From Candidatus Rokuibacteriota bacterium (GTDB lineage: Bacteria; Methylomirabilota; Methylomirabilia; Rokubacteriales; CSP1-6), in the NCBI GenBank assembly GCA_003220495.1, contig QHSP01000016.1, positions 87,831 through 151,830 of the forward strand: 64,000 nt of DNA. Direction: 5' to 3'. Numbering within the stretch: the stretch's first letter is position 1; every line of letters starts with the position of its first letter. The position numbers and the translations under genes were made by a program. Under the pieces are notes generated by a model, which saw only the letters and a program-made list of their open reading frames with translations, ran no database searches and had not been told where the DNA came from. Positions 18,174 to 25,061 of the stretch are shown here, piece after piece.

Positions 18174-18662
18174 ATGAATCCCAATCTCGGCATCAACGAC
18201 GAAGACCGCGCCGGCGTGGTCAAGATCCTGAACACACTGCTCGCCGACGAGTACGTGCTGTACACGAAGACCCGCAACTACCACTGGAACGTCGTGGGTC
18301 CTCAGTTCAACGACCTGCACAAGTTCTTCGCCGAGCAGTACGAGGCGATCGACGACTTCGTCGACGACGTCGCCGAGCGCGCGCGCACGCTGGGCGGCCA
18401 CTCCGTGGCGACCCTCGCGGAGTTCGTGGAGGCGGCGCGGCTCAAGGAGCACCCCGGCCAGTACCCGAGCGCGGACGATATGCTCGAAAATCTATTGAGC
18501 GACCACGAGACGATCATCCGTCAGCTCCGCGCCGACGCCGACGCGGCGGCGAGCAAGTTTCACGACATGGGCACGAACGACTTCCTGACGGGCCTGATGG
18601 AGGAGCACGAGAAGATGGCCTGGATGCTCCGCTCCTTCCAGGAAGGAAAGCGCTCCCGCTAG
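18174..18662 (+). CDS. dps: Dps (DNA starvation/stationary phase protection protein, ferritin-like)
   Basis: ...VLYTKTRNYHWNVVGPQFNDLHKFFAEQYEAIDDFVDDVAERARTLGG... carries the Dps ferroxidase-centre residues. AGAGGAGG ribosome-binding site. Confidence 0.9.
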   Translation: MNPNLGINDEDRAGVVKILNTLLADEYVLYTKTRNYHWNVVGPQFNDLHKFFAEQYEAIDDFVDDVAERARTLGGHSVATLAEFVEAARLKEHPGQYPSADDMLENLLSDHETIIRQLRADADAAASKFHDMGTNDFLTGLMEEHEKMAWMLRSFQEGKRSR

Positions 18663-18757
18663 CTGGCTGCGGAAAAAAGCCCATCTGAGCCTTTTTGCGC
18701 TGCCTGCGCGCGCCTCGCTCTAGAGCTAGTCCGCGGACCGCGTACGTCGCCGTTCGA

Positions 18758-18776
18758 GCGCCGGCTTTGCCGGCGC
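18758..18776 (+). terminator. Candidate hairpin terminator downstream of dps
   Basis: gcgccgg-ctttg-ccggcgc (7-bp GC stem) followed by aatcgaattgatcattg (A/T-enriched). Confidence 0.3.
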
Positions 18777-18824
18777 AATCGAATTGATCATTGTCCGCCG
18801 GCGGGGAGCCGGTGGGGGGTCATC

Positions 18825-18848
18825 GGGGGGAGAGGCGGCGCTCCCCCC
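18825..18848. terminator. G-run/C-run hairpin in the convergent gap (candidate bidirectional terminator)
   Basis: ggggggag-aggcggcg-ctcccccc. 8-bp stem, 7 nt below the acyl-CoA dehydrogenase stop (18856). No U-tract. Confidence 0.35.
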
Positions 18849-18855
18849 GAATGTC

Positions 18856-20028
18856 CTAATAACTGCGCGGCATCCCCAGCACGTGCTCGCCGACGTATGC
18901 GAGCACGAGGTTGTTGTTGACCGGCGCCGTCTTGTAGAGCCGGCACTCGCGGAACTTCCGCTCGACGTCGTACTCCTCGGCGTAGCCGTAGCCGCCGTGG
19001 CAGTCGATGCACGCGTTGCCGGCCTCCCACGCCGCCTCCGCGCCGAGGTACTTCGCCATGTTGGCCTCGCCGCCGCACGGCTGACCGCTGTCGAAGAGCG
19101 CGGCCGCCTTGTCGCGCATGAGCTGCGCGGCGTCGGTCGAGACGTGGGCCTTGGCGATCGCGAACTGCACGCCCTGGTTTGCGCCGATGGGCCGGCCGAA
19201 GATCACGCGCTGGTTCGAGTACGCCACGGCCTTCTCGGTGAACCAGCGCGCGTCGCCGAGCGAGTCCGAGGCGACCAAGATCCGCTCGGCGTTCATCCCG
19301 TCCAGGATGTAGGAGAACCCCTTGCCTTCCTGCCCGATCAGGCTCGTGGCCGGGATCTCGACGTTGTCGAAGAAGAGCGCGTTCGTCGAGTGGTTCATCA
19401 TCATCCGGAGCGGCCGCACCTCGAAGCCCTTGAGGCCCCGGATATCGATCAGGAAGACCGATAGCCCATCGGTCTTTCGCTGTACGCGCTCCACCGGCGT
19501 CGTGCGCGCGAGCAGCAGCATGAGGTCGGACTGGAGCACGCGCGAGATGAAGATCTTCTGGCCGTTGACCACGTAGCGATCGCCGTTGCGGATCGCCGTG
19601 GTCTGGAGCTTCGTGGTATCCGAGCCCGAGTTCGGCTCGGTCACGCCGAAGGCTTGCAGCCGCAAGGCGCCGGTCGCGATCTTCGGTAAGTACTCGCGCT
19701 TCTGCGCCTCGGAGCCGTGCCGCAGCACGGTGCCCATGATGTACATCTGGGCGTGGCACGCCCCGGCGTTGCCGCCCGAGTAATTGATCGTCTCGAGGAT
19801 CAGGCCGCCTTCGCGGATGCCGAGCCCGGCGCCGCCGTATTCCTGAGGGATCAGCGCCGCGAGATAGCCCGCCTCGGTCAGCTCCGTGACGAACTTGTCC
19901 GGATACTCCCGGCGCGTGTCGAGGTCGCGCCAGTACTCGCCGGGGTACCGCTTGCAGATCTCCAGCACGCCCGCGCGGAGCGCGCGCTGCTCTTCGGTGA
20001 GGGAGAGCTCGATCGACGCCATCGTCAC
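18856..20028 (-). CDS. Acyl-CoA dehydrogenase
   Basis: 390 aa; ...YGGAGLGIREGGLILETI...VNGQKIFIS...YVGEHVLGMPRSY. GTG at 20028 overlaps the upstream stop (GTGA). An alternative ATG lies at 20022. Confidence 0.9.
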   Translation of the reverse strand: MTMASIELSLTEEQRALRAGVLEICKRYPGEYWRDLDTRREYPDKFVTELTEAGYLAALIPQEYGGAGLGIREGGLILETINYSGGNAGACHAQMYIMGTVLRHGSEAQKREYLPKIATGALRLQAFGVTEPNSGSDTTKLQTTAIRNGDRYVVNGQKIFISRVLQSDLMLLLARTTPVERVQRKTDGLSVFLIDIRGLKGFEVRPLRMMMNHSTNALFFDNVEIPATSLIGQEGKGFSYILDGMNAERILVASDSLGDARWFTEKAVAYSNQRVIFGRPIGANQGVQFAIAKAHVSTDAAQLMRDKAAALFDSGQPCGGEANMAKYLGAEAAWEAGNACIDCHGGYGYAEEYDVERKFRECRLYKTAPVNNNLVLAYVGEHVLGMPRSY

Positions 20029-20822
20029 TTCCCCTTGAACTCAGGCTTTCGCTTCTCGTTAAAGGCGCGGACACCCTCGAGGCGATCCTCGGTCACGACC
20101 GTCGCATTATAGGCCTCGATCGCGAGGATCATCGCGGTGTCGAGGTCCGTCTCGGCGCCATAGGCGATGGCTTTCTTCGCCTGACGGACGGCGATCGGGC
20201 CGTTCTTCGCGATCGTCGTCGCGATCTGGATCGCGGTGGGGCGCGCCTGACCGGGGCCAACCAGGTGATTGACGAGGCCCGCCGCCTTGGCCTCGTCCGC
20301 CTTCATCCGCCGCCCCGTGAAGATCAGCTCCTTCGCGAGCGGAGCGCCGACGATCCGCGGCAGGAGCTGCGTGCCGCCGATCCCCGGAAAGATGCCGAGC
20401 GTGGTCTCCGGCACGCCGAAGACCGCCGTTTCACTGGCGACGATGAAGTCCGACAGGATCGCGAGCTCACAGCCGCCCGCCAGCGCGAAGCCTTCCACCG
20501 CCGCGATCACCGGCACCGGGCACCGGAGCACGCGGAACGCCGCCTGCTCGAAGATGACGTGCTGAGCGCGCCACGCCTCGTCGGTCATGGCGTTGCGCTC
20601 CTTGAGGTCGCCCCCCGCGCAGAAGGCCTTGTCGCCGGCCCCGGTGAACACGACCACGCGGACATCCGGGTCGCGCTGGAATCCGTCGAAGCAGGCGAGC
20701 AGGTCCTCGCCCATCGCGGTGTTCATCGCGTTCATGTGCTCGGGCCGGTTCAGGGTCACCGTGACGACTCGCGCATCGTCCGAGCGCGTGACGAGAAGAT
20801 GGCGGTAGGTCGCGACGCTCAC
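20025..20822 (-). CDS. Enoyl-CoA hydratase/isomerase
   Basis: VSVATYRHLLVTRSDDARVVTVTLNRPEHMNAMN...FCAGGDLKE...GGCELAILSDF... is the crotonase fold. GTG at 20822 overlaps the CoA-transferase stop (GTGA). Confidence 0.85.
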   Translation of the reverse strand: MSVATYRHLLVTRSDDARVVTVTLNRPEHMNAMNTAMGEDLLACFDGFQRDPDVRVVVFTGAGDKAFCAGGDLKERNAMTDEAWRAQHVIFEQAAFRVLRCPVPVIAAVEGFALAGGCELAILSDFIVASETAVFGVPETTLGIFPGIGGTQLLPRIVGAPLAKELIFTGRRMKADEAKAAGLVNHLVGPGQARPTAIQIATTIAKNGPIAVRQAKKAIAYGAETDLDTAMILAIEAYNATVVTEDRLEGVRAFNEKRKPEFKGK

Positions 20823-22009
20823 TGGATGACGCCCTTGCCCTTGAGGCTCCGCACGTCGTCGAGCGTGTAACCGAGCCAGGTGAGGACGTCGCCGCTGTGC
20901 TCCCCGAGGAGTGGCGGCACACGGCGCACGGCCGGCCGGACGCCGTCCCAGGTGAGCGGCAGGGCGATGCTCCGGTAGTCGGGCAAGCGCGGGTGGGCGG
21001 CGCCGACGAGCACGCCACTCTCGCGGGTCTGCGGCTCCTGCAGCATCTGGTCCACGCTCAGGATCGGGGACGCGGGCACTCCGGCGATACGAAGCGTCTC
21101 GACGAGCTCGGCCGACTTGCGCTGCCGCGTCCGGGCGGAGAGCGCCTCGACGAGCGCAGCCTTGTTGGTCACACGGGAAGGATTGTCCTTGAACCGCGCG
21201 TCGTCGACCAGCTCGGGGCAGCCGAGCGCCGCCGTCAGCCTCGTGAAGAGCGCGTCCGACGCGGCGCCGATCATCGCGAAGCCGTCGGCCGTGGGAAAGG
21301 CCTGATAGGGCGCGATCATCGCGGTGCCCGAGCCCTGCGCCTGAGGCACGGCGCCCGACGCGAGGTATCCCATGGCGTGGTAGGACATCCACATCAAGGC
21401 CGTTTCGAAGAGCGCCGTCGTGACTTCGATGGCGCGTCCCGTCGCGTCACGCTGACGGAGCGCGGCGACGATACCCAGCGCCGCCCACATGCCGGTGCCC
21501 ATGTCGACGATCGACGTGCCGACGCGCGCCGGCTCCTGATCGGGATGGCCGTTGACCGACATCAAACCGCTGTACGCCTGCATCAACGGATCGTATCCGG
21601 GCAGATGGCTGAGCGGTCCCCGCGCTCCGAACGCGGTGATCGAGCAGTACACGATCCTCGGGTTGATCCGCGAGGCGCCCGCGAAGTCGAGTCCGAGCTC
21701 GTCGATGGCTCCCGGCCTTAGGCTCTGCACGAACACGTCGGCCCGGCCGACCAGGCGGTGCAGGACCTCGAGCCCACCGGGCGACTTGAGGTCGAGGGCG
21801 AGGCTCTTCTTGTTGCGATTCAACGAGATGAAGGTGGCGCTCTCCCGGCCCCAATAGGGTGGCGCCCACGCCCTCGCGTCGTCGCCGCGCCCGGGCCGCT
21901 CGATCTTGACGACCTCGGCTCCCATGTCTCCCAGGGTCTGAGTGCAGAACGGCCCAGCGACGTTCTGGGTCAGATCGGCAACGACGATACCCTCCAAAGG
22001 ATGCGCCAC
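20819..22009 (-). CDS. CoA transferase family III (CaiB/BaiF)
   Basis: 396 aa; GIVVADLTQNVAGPFCTQTLGDMGAEVVKIERPGRGDDAR... GTG start at 22009. Confidence 0.88.
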   Translation of the reverse strand: MAHPLEGIVVADLTQNVAGPFCTQTLGDMGAEVVKIERPGRGDDARAWAPPYWGRESATFISLNRNKKSLALDLKSPGGLEVLHRLVGRADVFVQSLRPGAIDELGLDFAGASRINPRIVYCSITAFGARGPLSHLPGYDPLMQAYSGLMSVNGHPDQEPARVGTSIVDMGTGMWAALGIVAALRQRDATGRAIEVTTALFETALMWMSYHAMGYLASGAVPQAQGSGTAMIAPYQAFPTADGFAMIGAASDALFTRLTAALGCPELVDDARFKDNPSRVTNKAALVEALSARTRQRKSAELVETLRIAGVPASPILSVDQMLQEPQTRESGVLVGAAHPRLPDYRSIALPLTWDGVRPAVRRVPPLLGEHSGDVLTWLGYTLDDVRSLKGKGVIQ

Positions 22010-22081
22010 GCCAGGAGTCTACCATCGCGGAAGGGCCCCCAAAGGGGCCCTGTCCCGTGATTTCTGGAGCGTCCGGACTGT

Positions 22082-22113
22082 TTGACACGTCTGGGGGAGC
22101 GCCGCGATAGAAT
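22082..22113 (+). promoter_or_regulatory. Candidate sigma-70-like promoter for the 604-aa orphan gene
   Basis: A perfect TTGACA (22082-22087) and TAGAAT (22108-22113). The 20-nt spacer is sub-optimal. The ATG at 22126 has no obvious Shine-Dalgarno sequence. Confidence 0.25.
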
Positions 22114-22125
22114 CGAATTCACTCC

Positions 22126-23940
22126 ATGGCTCCGAACGCTGAAGACTTGGCCAAGCGCCTGGCAGCACTGAGCGAACGATTCACGACTCTCGCGGCAACG
22201 CTCGCTCAGGCCACTCAACAGGTCCAGGCCGGGACCGTCCCGTCCGAGACCGTCATCGACGAAATCACCAAGATACGCACAGACTTCGTCGAGGTCCGCC
22301 AACGCGTGCTGGAGGCGGCTCGCTCGCTCTCGATCACCGTGCCGGCAATCTCGGAAGTCGACAGTGTCCGGGCGCTCGAGCCAATGCTCGAGACCGTCAT
22401 GCAGGCCGTGGCGAACCAGGAGAAGAGGGCGGCCCTGGCGGAAGCGCGCACCCGGGTCATGGCGCTGCTGGACCGGATACTGACGGTCACACACTCCGAC
22501 GGTCCGAACTTCGCCGCGCTGGTCCAGTGTCTGATCAAGGCCAGGGATATACGGCAGGCAGCCCAGGATCCCAAGGCGTTTGATTCTGAGGACGCCCCGG
22601 CCTTTCTCAACAGCATTCCGGCGTTTGCCGCCTTGCTCTCGATCATCGAGGGGCGCGACGCCCTCGACGACGACAAGTTCGCTGTCCTGGACGAGCAGGT
22701 GACCCAAGCCTTCGGAAGGACCCTGGCCGTCGCGGCGGCTCGCGGCAAGCTCACCGTCGGCGCAGGCTCCGCGCCGGTGGTGGACCGGACGGCCCCGCCC
22801 GCACCGAAGGAGCCGGTAGCTCGGACCGCGGCGGCTGCGGCGGCGCGCGCTCCGGCGCCGGTGCTCACGCCCAACCCGGCTCCCGTCGCGCCGGCGGCTC
22901 CCTCGCGAAACATCATCATCACGGAGCCGCGCGAGCCCGTCCAGCCCCGCGAGCCTGCCCAGCCGCGTGAGCCCGTTCTGGTGCCCGAGACCGCCCCGCC
23001 ACGCGAAGCCGCGCCGCCACGCGAAGCCGCCCAGCCACGCGAAGCCGCCCAGCCGGCCGACCAGGGAACTCAAGACGAGGCGGCGCAGTGGTGGGTTTCG
23101 GCGTGGGCGCGCTGGACGCAGTGGAAGGGCACGCTCGCCTTCAACGACGCCGTGAAGGAAGAGCTCGGCAAGTACAACTACGTCCTCAGCGTGCCGATCC
23201 AGCGGAGCACGGACTACGAGGAAGGCCTTCTCTCGTACGGCTACTCGATCCTCCTCGATCACATCGAGCACCGGTTCTCCGGCTTCGTCAACAAGGCGCT
23301 GAACAGCCTCAAGACGTTCCAGCCGGGCGCCGCGGGCGCGCAGAAGTCGGTCGGCGCCCACCTCTACAACGTCCTCGTGAGCGAGGGGCGGCTGCAGGAG
23401 ATCTATCCCGAGTTCGTCAAGAGCGTGCTCCTCGCTGCCGTGCCCGAGCCCGGGCTCTGGACCCACGCGCGGATTCTGGAGTCGACCACCGAGACGCGGA
23501 TCTTCACGCATCCGAGCAATCGCATCGGCGATCCCGAGCACAATTCGCAGCGGCTCACCCAGGAGCGGCAGCGGTTCGCCGACCATCGCTTCCCGGTTGT
23601 CGTGGCGCCGATCACCGCTCGCTTCTTCGCGATCGCCGCCGACTTGCGTGAGCCGCGGTCCATCGACGTGAAGCTCGTGGACGGGCGCAGCGACTCCGAT
23701 CACGCATGGCTCTTGACGATGCCGCCCGTCGGACGAGCCGACCTGAAGTCCGAGGTGCTGCGGCTCTTCCCGGAGGGAACCTCGGTGCCGGGGCTGGGAC
23801 GGGACTACGCGACCTTGTGGGTGGCGGTGTTCAACCCGGATCCGAGCGTGGAGAAGAAGTACGAGCTGACCTTGAGCCTCAAGCAGTCGGCCGCGACCAA
23901 GCAATCAGCCGGGACCTTCCGCTCGGCGCGGAGCGCCTGA
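22126..23940 (+). CDS. Large hypothetical protein (604 aa): helical N-terminal region, Ala/Pro-rich linker with PREP(V/A)Q tandem repeats, C-terminal Trp-rich domain of about 300 aa; no recognisable family
   Basis: Long ORF. The antisense frame is an obvious high-GC artefact (R/G-rich). The protein has a balanced composition outside the linker. I found no similarity to any family I know. Confidence 0.75.
   Translation: MAPNAEDLAKRLAALSERFTTLAATLAQATQQVQAGTVPSETVIDEITKIRTDFVEVRQRVLEAARSLSITVPAISEVDSVRALEPMLETVMQAVANQEKRAALAEARTRVMALLDRILTVTHSDGPNFAALVQCLIKARDIRQAAQDPKAFDSEDAPAFLNSIPAFAALLSIIEGRDALDDDKFAVLDEQVTQAFGRTLAVAAARGKLTVGAGSAPVVDRTAPPAPKEPVARTAAAAAARAPAPVLTPNPAPVAPAAPSRNIIITEPREPVQPREPAQPREPVLVPETAPPREAAPPREAAQPREAAQPADQGTQDEAAQWWVSAWARWTQWKGTLAFNDAVKEELGKYNYVLSVPIQRSTDYEEGLLSYGYSILLDHIEHRFSGFVNKALNSLKTFQPGAAGAQKSVGAHLYNVLVSEGRLQEIYPEFVKSVLLAAVPEPGLWTHARILESTTETRIFTHPSNRIGDPEHNSQRLTQERQRFADHRFPVVVAPITARFFAIAADLREPRSIDVKLVDGRSDSDHAWLLTMPPVGRADLKSEVLRLFPEGTSVPGLGRDYATLWVAVFNPDPSVEKKYELTLSLKQSAATKQSAGTFRSARSA
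22924..23060. repeat. 18-bp tandem repeats encoding PREPVQ/PREPAQ/PREAAP/PREAAQ
   Basis: ccacgcgaagccgcccag occurs twice in perfect tandem. It is preceded by ccacgcgaagccgcgccg and by diverged units ccccgcgagcctgcccag and ccgcgtgagcccgttctg. Confidence 0.7.
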
Positions 23941-23943
23941 GAT

Positions 23944-24357
23944 CTAGGACTTCGCGGGGTCGGCCGCCTTCGGCTGCTCTGCGACCTTCGCCGATTCGGG
24001 GGCCCTGGCGTGGTCGGGCGGGCGCGGGGGCTCCCCGGGCCCGGATCGTTCGAAGGGGCTGCGGCGCGGGGTGATACCGAGCTTCGCCGCGATCTGTCCC
24101 ATCGCCTGGGCGATCTCATCCTTCTCGAGCCGGAGCAGGTGATTCTCCCGCTTCAGGTCCTCGATGTCCTTGTGAAGCTTGTCCACTTCCTTCTGCGCTG
24201 CAGCGCCCGCGTGGTGGTCGCCCGCGATGAGCTCGGGCAAGAGACCGAAGATCTGCCGCGTCTCCTCGATCCACTTCGCGATTCGCTCTCGCGCTTCAGC
24301 AGCGGATGTAGGGTCCATGGCCATCCTCGTCTGCTCCGGGGCGCGGTCCGTCGCCAT
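23944..24357 (-). CDS. Hypothetical small coiled-coil protein
   Basis: 137 aa; ...AQKEVDKLHKDIEDLKRENHLLRLEKDEIAQAMGQIAAKL... has heptad-like spacing. It is convergent with the 604-aa gene, only 3 nt tail-to-tail. Coding status is not certain. Confidence 0.45.
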   Translation of the reverse strand: MATDRAPEQTRMAMDPTSAAEARERIAKWIEETRQIFGLLPELIAGDHHAGAAAQKEVDKLHKDIEDLKRENHLLRLEKDEIAQAMGQIAAKLGITPRRSPFERSGPGEPPRPPDHARAPESAKVAEQPKAADPAKS

Positions 24358-24473
24358 ATGTCATTGGCCGGAAGGCCGACGGCAGCCTGCTAGCCCGTGG
24401 AGTTGCTACATTCGTAGAATAGCAGCGTAGCATCCGCGTTCCGAAATTAGCAATCCGGCCCCGGGAAGATCGG

Positions 24474-25046
24474 TCAGGGCGTCGCGGGCGCGGCCAGGAC
24501 GGCCTCGATAAACTGGCGTCCTTTCGGACTATCCCACGGTCTCGGCCCCGCGGCCCGCCCGACCAGCCGACCCTGGCGGTCGACGATGTACACGGTCGGC
24601 GGACCCCAGACGCCGTACACCTTGCCGGTCACATCCCCGCTTTCGTCGAGCAGCACCGGTGCGATGTAGCGGCGCTCCTTGACGGCTTGCCGGACCTTGT
24701 CGGCATCTTCCCTGAAATCGATGAGGAGTACTTCGAGGCCCTTACCGCGAAAGTCCTGGTAGACCTTCTGGACGGGAGGCAACTCCTCCCGGCACGTGCT
24801 TCACCACGTGGCCCAGAAGAAAAGCATCACGACTTTACCGCGTAAGTCGGCGAGGCTGACCGTCTTGCCGCCCAGATCCGGCAGCGAGAAGTCCGGCGCC
24901 GCCTTCGGCGGCGTGTACGGCTGCATCTGCACGCTGGCGAAGTCCGGCGGAGCGACCGCCCCCGGTGTGAGCGTCGCCGAGGCGACCAGCGCCGCGGTCA
25001 GGACTACGACGGGCACGAGTGATCTCATAAGCGCAGGGTATCGCAT
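24474..25046 (-). CDS. Selenocysteine-containing TlpA/ResA-like thiol:disulfide oxidoreductase (thioredoxin fold, signal peptide); in-frame TGA at 24801-24803 (complement)
   Basis: ORFs 24801..25046 and 24474..24782 are in the same frame. Joined, they read ...[30 protein letters not shown]..., which matches the TlpA/ResA active site FWATWCxPC with Sec replacing the first Cys. The second ORF piece begins with TTG, not a real start. Confidence 0.7.
24773..24791 (-). other. SECIS-like hairpin 9 nt downstream of the UGA
   Basis: On the mRNA: UGA agcacgugc CGGGAGG-aguug-CCUCCCG. 7-bp GC stem with a GU-containing apical loop, at the distance expected for a bacterial SECIS. Confidence 0.45.
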
Positions 25047-25061
25047 GACGCCAGCCCGCGG

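Noticed and set aside
18663-18757. gcggaaaaaagcccatctgagcctttttgcgc as an intrinsic terminator directly after dps
   Set aside because: The two A/T-rich arms are not complementary (aaaaaagcc against gcctttttg pairs poorly). The hairpin at 18758-18776 is the better candidate.
21970-23904. 644-aa minus-strand ORF opposite the 604-aa hypothetical gene
   Set aside because: It has extreme R/G/H content and repeats that mirror the sense-strand Pro repeats. The sense strand has a balanced, structured protein with its own promoter, so the antisense frame is judged an artefact.
24380-24440. Possible sigma-54 (-24/-12) promoter for the small coiled-coil gene
   Set aside because: Only GG-N10-GC spacing matches. 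The flanking consensus bases (TGGCAC and TTGCA) do not.
24474-25046. Treating 24474..24782 and 24801..25046 as two separate small genes, or as a pseudogene
   Set aside because: The pieces share a frame. The break falls exactly at the catalytic Cys of the thioredoxin motif. The downstream piece has no real start codon (TTG). A SECIS-like hairpin follows the TGA. Pseudogenisation cannot be fully excluded without Sec-machinery evidence.
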